Assembly: GCA_964036045.1 (NCBI GenBank)
Contig: OZ038379.1
Coordinates: forward strand, 2,604,001-2,668,000
DNA from: Eutreptiella sp. 'Long Island Sound 2002'
Lineage: Eukaryota; Protista; Euglenida
Reading direction: 5' to 3'
DNA: 64,000 nt
Shown here piece by piece: positions 1 to 12,222 of the stretch. Made by a program: the position numbers and the translations under genes. Each line of letters opens with the position of its first letter. Position 1 is the stretch's first letter. Under the pieces are notes generated by a model. The model searched no databases, had not been told where the DNA came from, and saw nothing but the letters and a program-made list of their open reading frames with translations.

Positions 1-267
1 CTCCCCCGGGCAAAACAAGTGGGAGGGGGCGGATAGGAAGGCCAAGGGGGCATGGCTGAATGGTCAGAGTCAAGCTGCATGCTTGTCGACGGCAACAGCG
101 TCGCAGCACAGCGCTGTGCTGCCCTGGAATGTGCGGGTGCCATGAGACTCAGGATGGGACCCATGGAATTGGAACCAGGTGGAGATGGTCCTGGAACCAA
201 GACTGGGGGCACATGACAGCTGCGTGGGCGGTCGTGCCATAAGACCCAGAGGGTGCCGTCCGCGCAC

Positions 268-358
268 CGCATCCTTCAAGTATCGTGGGTTGTACGCCGT
301 GCTGCAGAACGTAGCCCCAGGTCTTGGAACGGAGCGGCACGGTGACTTGCAGCGGCAC
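268..358 (-). CDS. Possible isolated exon of a further gene continuing beyond the window start
   Basis: gcgcag|...|GTGCGC boundaries. Two alternative open frames (VPLQVTVPLRSKTWGYVLQHGVQPTILEGC or CRCKSPCRSVPRPGATFCSTAYNPRYLKDA); no homolog recognised. Confidence 0.25.
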
Positions 359-2289
359 CTGCGCATCAGGGCTCCTGGATGCAGCCGCACACGCATGCCC
401 TGGTGCACCGTGTGCAGTGCGCGCACCGCGCGGGCGGCACCCTCCCAGATGCAAGAGACAAGCCCACCAAAGCAACAAGGACAGGCCAAGGCAGCCCTGG
501 CGATGATACTTTAGTGGCCCCCGGCCCGCGCCTAAAGGGGGGACCGGTGGGGGTTGGGGTTGGGGCTCCGGATCCCAAAAGTTTGTGTACAAAAATGGGC
601 CAAAGAAATTTCGGAAATTTCAACTTTTTTCCCGCTGGAAAAATTGTGGTGGGGGGCGGGCGGGAGGGATTGGGACAGGGCCTCGTACAGGGGCAGGGCC
701 CCAGGGCGTGGCTGCCTTCCCTGCCCGTGTCGGAGGCCGAACGGACTGTCCTCAGACCCCACGGACCCCACCAAAGCGCTGGCAGGCAGGAGAAGCTGTC
801 GTGCCTGTGTGTGTGAGCGCGCATGGGGTCCTGTCACTACCCGAGGCACGTCGAGTCACACCGCGACTGGCCCAGCTACGGGGGGGCTCGTTTGGGGGGG
901 GGGGGGCACCCATGCCGCAAAAATACTCTAATTTGGGCCTGAGTGGCCCTCTGAACGAGCAGCAGTAAGGCACACAGCTCATTGGATATGTTTTATTGCG
1001 CATCGGGCCAATGCCGGGTATTAGAGGGAAAGAGTGCACGCTGGTATCTGATGCTCCTTCTTCTCACGCCCATCGCCCCCCTCCCCCTCCCCCCGGTCTT
1101 AAAGTAAAAGCAGTTGCTATGGAAACCAGATGGCTGCATGTTTTGCAGGCCCAGCCCTGTCCATGTGACACAGAACAGATTGGTTGCGCTAGATTTCAGC
1201 TGGGTGGAAGGGTCGGGTAGCAGTTGCCCATGCTTCCCTGCGCAGTCCTGGGGCTTCGAAAGGCCGGGGGTCAGGGATCGAGTGTGAGGCATTGAGGAAC
1301 GAGGCGAGGCTGCGGCAAAAGCAAGGCAGGTGTGGGTAAAGGGGTCTCACACAGGGACGAATCCCGAAACCGAGTGACGCGGTACCAGTGATGGCCGGTG
1401 TGGGTCCGTGTTCTCGTGAACACGCGCACATGAAGCGAAGCCGGCACCCAAAGCCGGCCCTCGAGGCTCATTGCTGGACGATGGCGCTCCTCGTCAGGCC
1501 GGAGCATGGGGGAGGAAAGGAGAATAAGGCCATGGGCTGGGCGCCTTTCTGGGTGACAAGGTGTCCAGCGTGTGCTGCCAGGGCCCCCTGAAATGCGACG
1601 CGAGGAGGCAGCTTCAAAGCAATGGGAGGGTGTCAGGGCACCTCAGGATGTAACTTGAAGTACCATGGCACACTCAAAAATGATATCAGGCTGTCAGGGC
1701 CCCCGGAAATATGTTTAGGGGTATCGTCACACGCCCCCTGAGCGCCAGTGCATATGCCCCGGAGCCCACCGTGTCACTGCCAAAACGATTGGGAGCGAGC
1801 AAACGTGGTCCACACACACGACGAGAACGGCAAACAGCACGGCAAGCGGTTGGAGAGAACTCTTCGGGAGCTGCTGGGCAGCCCAAAACGTCTTTCGTTC
1901 TGTGGTAACCGTGGTTCCATTTCCCGACCCCGGAAACGAATGTCACGAATTTGAAAGTACTCCCCGGCTGCAGGGCACACACATCCGCACCCCCCTGTGA
2001 AATCACAACCCTCTTCTTGCCCACCTCGTCACCCACTGCACGGACAAGCGGACTACTGCGCCATTCTCGCAAGTCATGAGCAGACGTGCCACTGGCGCCC
2101 GCCAAGTCAGAGGTAATCCGGTTAGCCGCAGTCAGTGCCCAACGAACAAAAACTTGGTCATTGACCGTTGGCGGTTGTGGCGGTTGGCAGTTAACTGCCG
2201 GCGGCTGGCGCAGGCCAAAAGGCTGCCTTCAGGAGCTGCTGTCCTTCGTGAAAACATCAAAAAAAAAATTCGTTGAAAGATAGCCCTGG

Positions 2290-2592
2290 TCAAGAGTCAC
2301 TGTCACTGCTATGGTCTGTCGAACTACTGCGCATGCCAGAACGATAACTGTCAGACTCTGTTTCAGAGTCAGAGGCACTGCTGTCGCTTTCATCGGTGCC
2401 GCTGCTGGAACGACTGGAACGGCTGGAGCGGCTGCTGCTGCTATTGCTGCGGCTGCGGCGACCTCCGGAACCATGTTGGCTGCTGCGGCGGCTTCGCGGA
2501 CTGTCGTCATGGGCATCGCTGCTGTAGTCATCCTCGTACTCGGCCTCCTCTTCGTGGGCATCTGCCTCGTCGGCACGCCTTCTGTCCTTGTC
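2290..2592 (-). CDS. Probable terminal exon of the hypothetical gene (acidic then Ser/Arg-rich tail)
   Basis: ttgcccag|GAC, 100 codons then TGA. Composition is typical of a disordered tail (DEADAHEEEAEYEDDY...SRSSRSSS...SDSDS). Confidence 0.6.
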   Translation of the reverse strand, partial: DKDRRRADEADAHEEEAEYEDDYSSDAHDDSPRSRRSSQHGSGGRRSRSNSSSSRSSRSSRSSSGTDESDSSASDSETESDSYRSGMRSSSTDHSSDSDS

Positions 2593-3483
2593 CTGGGCAA
2601 TCCAAGCGGATGTGGAGCGGAGTGCTGCGCGCGGGCGACAGGCACATTGACGATTCGTGCAACGCACAAAGCCACCGGACTGCCCCCCAAAAGGGCGCAA
2701 TTCTTACCTCCGATTCGCGGATGTGAGATGTGCAAACTGCGAAACGAGCCCAACAGAGGATTACGACTGCGGTCGCCGGCACACAGGCCGCTCGCAGGGT
2801 AGACACACCCTCACAGAGCGGTACGCAGAGTGATATCAACCAAACGTGACATTTGGGCCAATCAGTTGTAGTTCAGTTGCGAGAGAAGACTCAGACTGGC
2901 CAAATGCACGGGGATAGACAACTCTCAGGGAAACGGCGGGTCGCTCGGACTGGCAGTGCTGGTCATCCAAGAGGCGAAGAAAAAAAACAGGCGACCAACC
3001 AGGTCCTGGGGGCCAGAACAGCTGAGCGGGCGCCTGCTGGACAGTGTCACCTTCGGGGAGAGCGGGTGGCATCAGATGAGGAGGGGTGAGGCTTACAATA
3101 CTGCCTTTTATGGGGTGATACATATGCAGTGTTCAGTGGTGTAAAGGTTGTAGGGGGCAGCAGGTGTAGAGTGATGGGACGGGGATAATATCGGAGTATA
3201 ACATCGGCAGCGGAGGGGCAGTGGCAGGGTACTGTGGCTTTAGTCAGAAATCGAGTGTGGGACGAAAAAAACGAGGGCCTGGTGTGGCAGAAAAGAGCAG
3301 GTGCGGCTGGGCAGAACGATCTTTCAGGGGGAGGAATTCCAAAGTTGTGGGGGCAGAGTGTGTGACGTGGTACCAGTGGTGGTCTGCATGCACGTGTGGG
3401 TCCGTGTCCTCACGAACACACACACACACACGCACGCACATAGACACATACACCAACACAGATACACAAACACACAAATACAT

Positions 3484-3517
<34 letters not shown>

Positions 3518-6500
3518 AGTGCTTCATCAATCAGACCAGGGTGGTACCGGGCGCAAAGCTCCGTACGGCAGGGCCCGGGCACTCGCCTTCGGCGTGGGCA
3601 CTAGCAGCGTCGTGCATACGCCTGCCCCAACCATCGGCAGAATGCAACCACAAACACGTAGACCCCCACAAAGGCCTGGGGAGCCCCCCTCAGGGTGTAA
3701 GACGGCCCAAAGCCCCCGCTGGGATGTGGGCAGCAGACTGGGGCCAAGGTCCCAAGGCGCCACAGCGGGCCTAGAGCCCTCACCCTCACCCCGCAGAACT
3801 TGCACCCCCACACACGTGCTCCCTCTCGTCTCCCTACTGCAGCCCCCTCTGCCCCCTCCCCACCTTCCTGCCCCCTTGCGCCTTGCAAGTCCTACTGCCA
3901 AAGGCCCTAGTCTCGCAAGATGGGGCCACTGCCGGAATGATCCTTTGTGACTGCTGTGTACTGCTGTGCTGCGGTACAATGCACTGCTATCCACCACTAC
4001 TGCAACAAGCTGTGCACCGCCTTAACCTCGTCTGCGCACGTGTCCAGTGAGGTGCCAGTTCATAGGGGCCTGTTGTGGGCGTGTTGGGAGCGCACGCGCA
4101 GCCACCCGAGCCTCAGGCACATGGGACGCGTACCTGAGGGGGATGGAAAGCCTCGGGCTCGATGGAGACCGCATGGAACTTGGGGTCTCTGCTCCGGCGC
4201 GGCCCAGAACGGGACACTGGCGGGGGCGCCACTTCTTTCGGACGTTTTCCTGGGCAATCAGTGGACGGGGCACCTGCAAGGCTCGAGTTGCCCACGGCAA
4301 ACCGCTAACGTCACGGACGTGATGCACTTTGCACTGGGTACAGTTGTGGGGTGCAGGATACGTGATGCGGGACACAGGGCGCGGGAGGTGCAGGACACAG
4401 GCCGCAGGGGACCGGCGATGAGATGTGGGGTGAGGGGATAGGCTAAAGGCTTTGCATGTTTATGGCTCTGGGCCTGCCCCCCCCCCGCCCCGCCCTGATG
4501 TCCTAGACGCCCCTGCCGCCGTGTTGAAGAATTGCGTACATCCGGAAGTACCGACCGGCACGCTTACTTTACCTTCATGGCGACCTCCCCCCCCCCAACA
4601 GGCGGCAACGACATACGTCTGATAGAGTGGAAGTGTCTGTGTCGAAAAATCGGCCTTCGCATCTACGCACAAAACTGATGGGGGCATCCCACTTGCGACC
4701 CATACACAGTACAGTCGGCTGATCCCTTGTGTGGCAAAGCTGCAAGTATTTGCACAACTTTAGTCCCGGGCAACAGGTGACAACATCCGGGGTACAGCAT
4801 ACAGGAGGCGTACCGGTTGCAGCGTACAAGTAACAAGTAACAGGTGGCCAATCCCGCGTACCAGCTGGTACTCAAAGGCGGGAAGAAAATTGCTTTGCAG
4901 GGGGGGGGGATGGCACGGAAGCCCATTTCTCCAACCCCCCCCTCCCCCTCCTTGGTCGCCGTGCCGGGACAGGGGTGTGGGCTGGGGCTGCCCTACCTGC
5001 CGTGCGGGGGGGGGGGGGGTCCGACCCCAACATACATGGCTCAAAATGATCCCCACGGCGCGCTGATCATTTTGACTACACATATGTGGGGGAAAATTTT
5101 TTCTCGAAAAAATATTTCCGGGCCAAAATTTGTGTTCCGGCGCCTTTGGCGGCAACAACCGTCCTTACACAAAACAAAGGGCCCGGCACAGAAGCCCATT
5201 TCTGGAACGCCCCCCCCCCCTCCTTCGCCGGGCGCCCATGCCATCCCCCCCCCCCCCGCAAAGCAATTTTCGGGCCGCCAAAACCCCTCTCGGCCTCCGG
5301 GATGAGAGCTGTAAGATGCCATTCCACGAAGCAATGTGGACGGCAGGACACAGGTGGTATCACACCGGTGGCAGGCCGCATTGAAGGGCCCAGGATACCA
5401 CATGCAGGCGGCGTGTTACAGGCTACCTCATCATGGGATCCCCTGCTGAGCAGGGGTGGAAAAAGTGGGGGGAGCCCCCCCCCTCCCCGCCTCCGATGAC
5501 GATTGCGATTACAATTGACCCGTTTGGCTGAACCAGCAGTTTTGCCAGAGGGCTGATGGCAAAAAAGCGCCACAACATAGTGCTGCCTCGATTTGAACCG
5601 ACGACCCTCAGTTCATAAACCTGTGCATATACCACTGCACCGCTGAGCCAATCTCTTAGTGGGCAGTACACGACAATCCATTGCACAGAGATTGGTGCAT
5701 CCCATGAGGACAGTCCACACAGTCCAATCATTTCTTCACACTGCCCTTGTCACTATGTGTCTTGCGTTTACGTGCCTGTAAAGTGAAAAAGGAGCAATCG
5801 TAATCGTCATTCTGTCATCACCGCCTCCTGGCTCAGTAGGCCCCCCACCCCACCCCCCAGCCCCACCTTGGTAACGTCGTCACTGTTATATCCACCCCTG
5901 CCGCTGAGTAGGCGCATACCCAACCCTTCCGCACTATCTGGGGGCGCAGAGGGCCTGGAGGGGGTGCGGACGGAGGTTACAGGGGGGCTCAACCGCCGGC
6001 CTAATGGAGGGGGAGATGGGAGTCCTGGGGGCAGGGGGTGAGGGGGGGCATTGGATGAGAACCACCGAACTGGCTCTGCGATTAACATGATCTTGCATGG
6101 CTGGACACTTTTCTGTTTTCCTTTTGCTCGAAAAATGTCATCCATTGATGTGGACAGTGATTCACAAAGAAGAGCCGTATCGTACACAGGGTTCTCTACT
6201 TTGCCTGTATACAAACTTTAGCGCGACATTCCATCAGAATACTTTTATCCTTCCCTTTCTCCAGAGGAGTTACCACTGACATTCCAGGGGCCAATAATCG
6301 CTGATTCGGTTCAAGTTGAACACCACATTTCTGATCAACAGGATTCTGCCCTCCAGAGAGCAGCAGAGATAAGTCTGAGATAAGCAGCTCTGCAGATAAG
6401 AGGCATACCTTTGCGTTGCGTTTGCTTCTGCCTTAACTTCTGTTTGCGCCAGAAGCACCACAAGTGTTCATCCTGCACACAACAATGAGTCCCCTGGCTG

Positions 6501-9500
6501 CCGCGCATGGGGCACTTAGATGGTGTACATGGAGCACTCCACGAGAATCCCGGCTCAGCAGCCTCCATACCCGGCTGGTCTGCACTATCCTGAGGCCCGG
6601 GGGTTCTACAGGGGGGTGGGGGGTACGTCTGGTGGGCCCGGCAAAGGGGGAGGGGGGAGGTTACTCTACAGCTCATCCGCCAAGCCCATTATAGGGGTGT
6701 TCTCTTGCGATGGTCTTCTCGAGGTCTCCAAAACGGAGAGGAGTCAAAGTGGCTGCATAACCCCTGCCGTCTTGGAGTCCTCACGTTGGGGAAGAGGTGG
6801 CCCGAAGGTCTCAGACAAGTAGCACTATCCTGGGGCCCCGAAGGCCCTCCGGGGGGGGGGGGGGGGTGTCTGCACACTCTCTCCTCCATATCTCTCACCC
6901 CTCCACAGACACATTTGACCCCCCGCCATCATTACCATGCATACAAAACTGGTAAACAAACAGGCAGAGGGTGCAGAGGGGGGGGGGGCTACACGACACT
7001 ACATCACTTGGCTTCACCAATGATGGCGTATGGGTGTGATTAGGGGAGATGGCGAGGGGGTAGAGCGAAGGGAAGCGGGGGGGACTGGATCCTTGGGTTG
7101 CCCAAATTGAGATTCCCGGGTGAGCACTCGAGGCTTTACCAGGCAACCCTAGATGCTGGAATATTCTGATGTGCAGCATTGGATGCCTGCACATTGCAGC
7201 CCTACGTGTACGTGCAGCATGGCATGCAAATGCGTGCAGCATTGGATGCTTACATGTGCGAGGCCCGAGGGGAGCTTCGAGGGCCGCGGCCCCCAGCAAA
7301 ACAATGCAACTACTCAGAGACTTTGGTGCGTGCACGGGATGCCTGTATGCGCAGCAACAGGCGCCTGTATGCGGACCACTGAGTGCTTGTTGGCGGAGCG
7401 TTGAAGACTGGACTGTGCCGGACCATTCAACATGCAGTATGTGCAGCCCCCGATTCTGGTGTGTGCAGAACTGGATGCTGCAGTGTTCGTATGTGCATCA
7501 TCGGACCCGTGTATGTACGGCATTGGTGAGGCACTGGTAGTTGCAGCATGGGTCCTTGTCTCAGGAGAGCTAGACGGGCCCGTGTGCAGGCATTGGTTGC
7601 TTGCACGTGCAGCACATCCTTGTATGTGCCGCAGTGAACGTTTGTACATGAATGCTGCAAATATCCAGGATCCAATGTAGGACGAGCATCGAATGCTGCA
7701 CATGCACATATCCAATGCTGTACATACACACACTGCACATATACAAGCACCCAATGCTGCACATACAAGCCTTCAATAAGGCACGTACAAGCATTCAAGA
7801 GTTTGCACAGCAGTTGGACAGAGTTCCCATGGGGAACCCAGAGGAAAAAAAACGGGTCGGCGTGAACCACCATTGATGTACAGCCGCACCATCTGCAGCG
7901 GAACCCCCTCCCGCACACTCCTTGTGAGAACAATGGTTAAGCACTGAACTCCACAGAAACAACTCCCACTGTTGCTTTGACAACGGCGTTGTTCGCACTC
8001 TCCACCTCCAAAGGATAAGAAGGGGTGAAACTGGGTGGCAGGACAGCAATCAGGATCCCTAAAACACCATCCAGTGCCCCAAATAACAAAAAAACCTTGG
8101 TCGTCTAGGCAACCACAAAAGGAGCCGCCGCATTCCACGTTTCCAAAAATTGCGGAACCAACACCTACTGTTGTTCTAACAAGGTGTTGTTCTCTCAAAG
8201 AGGGGTCGCATCACCAAAGAGTACGTAGCTGTATCTCACTCACGGCCTATGCTCAATACAGACAACACGCACATCCCAAAGATCAGCCAGCCCTTAGGCT
8301 CTCTGAAACAGTTGCACACCTGAAAAGAGTCATAGTAGTACATAGTGTTCCTCTCAGGAACTGTTGGAGGGCGACTGCCCTGCTTTGTCTTGGGCTCCGA
8401 ACCGAGAGTTTCAGAGATTTTCTTGGACAATGTGTCTACAAACGACATGTGCAGCCGATAGAGCTGCATGCACCATGAACAACCCATGTCCAGTACAGCA
8501 GGCAAGCATCCCAAGAAAGTTGTGGAGAGCTCGATGTGTGATGGTTGCTACATGTGTGACTATTACCATATGTCTTGTGTCCATCCGCAGGCCCACAGAC
8601 TCCAGCTGACATGGAGGCCATGGGCAGGCCTGGCGGAACTGGCACGAATGATTCTTCGACCAAGGCTTCCTCATGCAATGCTGTGTCCAATGCATAGCAG
8701 CAGGGCTAGGGATGGACCATGTGCTGCCAGCTGCCTCATCACGCAAACAGGAAGGAAACGTTCCAGACTCCACCCGGTCTGTCTCCAGTTTTAGGGAGTG
8801 GATCCCTAAATAAGCTGGGGATGAAGCCACTGTTAACGACAAGTCCGTCGGTAAGTGCGGAGGTAGGGACTGGAGACCGGAGGATACTCTGGATTAAGGA
8901 ATGCTTGCTTCATCTCCTTGACAGGGGCACTCCTCTCTCAGCAATCTCAACGGTATTCGTGGGTGCTGGCTCTGTGTTGTTGAGCAAGCAACCGGTAACG
9001 GATCAATCTCTGGCAAGGTCCTTTTCACGTCTGCTGGTTGTAGCCCCTGAGCCGAGGAATTGGAATGCCCTCCCGGCTGAATTCAATCGCCACCCTTGAA
9101 GCATTTCATGTAGGGCCAGAACGTCCTTTTGGGGGTGTTGTCCGGACCGGGTGGGGGGACGGGGTGGAAGGATCCATTGCACCTTCTCCACCCTGTCCCC
9201 GAGTATCATCAAGATATCCTGCAATATTGGCAACCCTAATATCTGTTGACCACTTGGTTGGTCTCTAGCCCAAAATTTCCCACTCGCGGAGGTTTACAGA
9301 CAAGGTCGTGCAGCCTTGCGCAGAGCTCGTGACAATAGTTAGCGGCAAATCAGGCGTTACCGTCTCCAGCACCGTCCGCATCGCCAAATATTCTGCCTGA
9401 AGGGCAGGAAGCGGATTGTCGGATAAAAATGTCAAATTGTGTGGGTGATCAGTCCCAAAAGAGGCGACGCCTACGACAGTTCAAATCGCCCACAAACTGC

Positions 9501-12222
9501 GCGCATGAGCGTGTGCGTGCGTGCGCGCGTGCGCGCGTGCGCGTGCCCGCTGGAAACGATGGGGTCTCAATCTGAGGCGACAGGAATGCCTGGAGCTTTG
9601 CTTGCAACAAAACAAGAAAGGCACATCACACGCCCAGGCACGAGAGCACCTGCAGGGCTGATTGCACTGAACGCCCCAATGCTCATCTCGTCATCCTCGC
9701 TGTCGATCTTCACTTGGGGCACCTGAAAGGAACGGAAACAAGACCCCTGCTTCAGGTCACACAAGCGATCCAGACACGACTTGAATCCCACTCCCCCAGT
9801 CCCCCGGCACACTCAAAGGGGGGGGCTCGAGTCCGCACTGCGTGCACGGGATCGTAGGAGGTGCCCACGAACTTGCGACTGTCTCGCGCATGAATTCTTC
9901 ATCAAGAGACTCGCAATCCCCGTCACATTCCATCATCGTCATGGGGCGGCATATCAATACGCCAGCACCCGCAGCAGGGCGCGCGGAAAGCAGGCTCTTC
10001 CCCAAGGGCCCAGGCCAGCCACCCGTCCTTCATTAGGAGGTGCGCCTGTGCTGGGGGGAGGGTTTCTGGGCCTCAATCAGCACGGGTCATGGCGGCCAAA
10101 ACAACGCGGAGTCCTGCTGCTGGATTGGAGACCGCACCCTTCGGCTGCGACTGTTGCGTGTCTCATTGTCCAAACAGACCAAAAGAGTGGCCTGATCACG
10201 AAAAATGGCTGCGCTTTTGGACAAAAGCGGGAGAGACGTGCATGTGAATGGAACATGTTGTTTTTGCAAGACCACGTTGACGTTCAACAAAATCCCATCC
10301 CACTGATCGGGACAGTGAACTGCTGACGACAAGGGGCGTTTACAACATGGATGGGTTGGACCTGTGTGCTGCTGCCTTGCGCCCCCCCCCCCTTCCCCCT
10401 TGGGGGCACAGCTACCAAGTGATGGCAGTCCCATGCACGGGATGCATGAACACTGGCACGCTCTCGGCTTTAATGAAGAGGCCTCGGGGCTTGCCGCACA
10501 TGTGGGGCACGCACGACATGCACAATGGTCGCGAGCCAGAGGTGGGGCTGTGGTTGGATCGGTCCCCCTCTGGCTCTCCCCTTCTTGCGGACACCCGAGG
10601 GGCAAGCTCTACTCAAGGCTGCTGGCGACGTGGGCCTTCCCGCAGGGCGTCGCCTTGGGGCCGCCTTTGCACACAGCGCAAATTCTTTGTATGGCCGAAA
10701 ATACCGGGACCTGATTTCAAGCCTCACTCTACTCTGGGTATACACCAGCCCCCTCCGCCATGGAGCGTGCCGTTGTTCCTTGGGTGGGTTTATTGCTGTT
10801 ATTGGGTGACTGCCCCCCCCCCCCAAGGGGGTGGCATCACGCGCAGGCTGGGTACGACATGGGGCATGCCAGCAACGCATGCTTTACACAAAGCCTTTCC
10901 CATGACAGTGAATTGTAGAGGGTGCCCTGCACCACCGATGCAGGAAACGCAACACAGGGCCGGGGGGTGCGGGGTCACCAGGTGTTACCCATCGGTGGTG
11001 CGCTGCATTGTCGGGCATTTTGGATTTTGAGGAAAAGTAGGGGCCGCGCTGGCACTGTGGTCCGCGGGTAGACCCGGCGGGTCTCTTGTGCGGGAGGGGC
11101 GCGGACCCGTCGACCCTCGGACCTGCCGAGGGCCGCACGGTGGTGCAACAAGGGGAGGGGGGGGGGGGGACTTGGGGCCCCTTTGCACACTGCGATTGAA
11201 GGCAACAGAGGGTCTAGTGCATTGAGTCGGGCCCTTGCCCGAGGACTGGCCTCCGCCCCCCGTGGCCGAACGGCGCCCAACAGAAAACGTGTGGCGGTGG
11301 AGACGGAACGCCGTGCAGGGGGCAGTCCCAAACGGTGCGTGATCGTAAACTGAAACGCCGTAGCCTGGGCTCAAGTACTCAGCCCCGGGCCGGGGGGGGG
11401 GGGGGTCCTTCAGAGCCCAAGACTGCCTCCGGTCTGCGGTCTCCAGACCGGCTGCCACCCGACGGCGGTGGGCGGGTGACACACGTCCTTCGGGGGGGAG
11501 AATTGCACCGCGCGCACCTTTTGGACCGAGAACCTGCCACACACGCACCGCGTCCAGTCCCCCCCCCCCCGCAACTCCAGAACAAAGGCCACACGAAAGG
11601 TCTGCTCAAGGAATCCCTGCGTCGGCCTTCCTGCAGGTGCACCAGGGGTGTCCTTAACGGGAAAAAAAAAAAAAAAAAAAAAAAAAGTGTTCCGGTTTCC
11701 CAAAAAAGCCCGCGGGCACTCCATGTGCTCAACCATGGTTGGTGGCAGTTGGCGGTTGGCGGTTGGCGGCGGTTGGCGGTTGGCGGTTGGCAACTGGCGG
11801 TTGGTGGCGGTTGGTGGGGGTTGGCGGCGGTTGGTGGCTGGCGGTTGGTGGTTGGAGGCGGTTGGCAGTGGTTGGCAGTTGGCAGTTGGTCGCCGCTGGC
11901 GGTTGGCGGCGGTTGGTGGCTGGCGGTTGGTGGTTGGCGGTTGGTGGCGGTTGGCAGTTGATGGGAGTTGGCGGTTGGCGGTTGGTGGTCCCTTGGGGTG
12001 GTCCTTAAGGGCTGTCCTTAGCAAAAAAAAAAAAAATCTCGTCCCTTAAGGACGCCCCTGAGGTGCACTGCAAAGCACCACCTTCTTTGGCTTGGGCCTT
12101 CGGATGGCCTTGGGTCTCGCGGGAGGCTGGGTCAACTGCTTCCAGTAGTGCTGCTTCTTCATCTCTATCTTCTGCTTCGTGCTCGTCACCGACTCATAGT
12201 ACAGGCGTTGGACCGAGTTGCT
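2290..12222 (-). CDS. Hypothetical multi-exon gene, 3' portion; low-complexity Pro/Ser/acidic protein; 5' exons not identified
   Basis: Phase-compatible GT-AG chain assembled by eye: 12222-12082 (SNSVQRLYYESVTSTKQKIEMKKQHYWKQL...PKPKK), 9722-9650 (VPQVKIDSEDDEMSIGAFSAISPA), 6024-5920 (LPSPPPLGRRLSPPV...SAEGL), 4739-4706, 4662-4617 (CEGRFFDTDTSTLSD), 4273-4134 (VPRPLIAQENVRKKW...PRLSIPL), 3036-3000, 2592-2290 (DKDRRRADEADAHEEE...SDSDS*). No homolog was recognised, and the small exons are the weakest part. Confidence 0.55.
3412..3515. repeat. (CA)n-type microsatellite; similar tracts at about 41075-41135, 41300-41345, 44165-44250 and 46915-46945
   Basis: Directly visible. Confidence 0.95.
4134..4273 (-). 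CDS. Exon of the hypothetical gene (VPRPLIAQENVRKKWRPRQ...LSIPL)
   Basis: ccttgcag|GTG...CTC AG|GTACGC. Confidence 0.55.
6530..6850. repeat. Interspersed repeat family copy; second copy at about 34925-35200
   Basis: Shared blocks GAATCCCGGCTCAGCAG…GCACTATCCTG and GTCAAAGTGGCT…CCTCACGTTGGGG…GCACTATCCTGGG. Confidence 0.85.
9650..9722 (-). CDS. Exon of the hypothetical gene (VPQVKIDSEDDEMSIGAFSAISPA)
   Basis: ttcctttcag|GTG...GCA G|GTGCTC; the phase 0 start matches the upstream exon. Confidence 0.6.
11643..12060. mobile_element. hAT-type MITE with an internal (GGCGGTT/GGTGGCGGTT)n array
   Basis: TIRs CAGGGGTGTCCTTAACGG and CCCTTAAGGACGCCCCTG. Perfect 8-bp TSD AGGTGCAC at 11635-11642 and 12061-12068. 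Confidence 0.92.
12082..12222 (-). CDS. Exon of the hypothetical gene (QRLYYESV motif, Lys-rich)
   Basis: ctgcag|AGC...AAG|GTGGTG, 47 codons, phase 0/0, natural-looking GC3-rich codons. Confidence 0.65.

Noticed and set aside
1695-2288. Complete MITE from CAGGGC (1695) to GCCCTG (2288)
   Set aside because: The TIR match is short and the flanks (CAGGCTGT and GTCAAGAG) give no TSD. Only the right-hand part is clearly repeat-derived.
11335-12049. WRLAVGG- and TANRQ-repeat ORFs
   Set aside because: They are translations of the MITE's GGCGGTT array.
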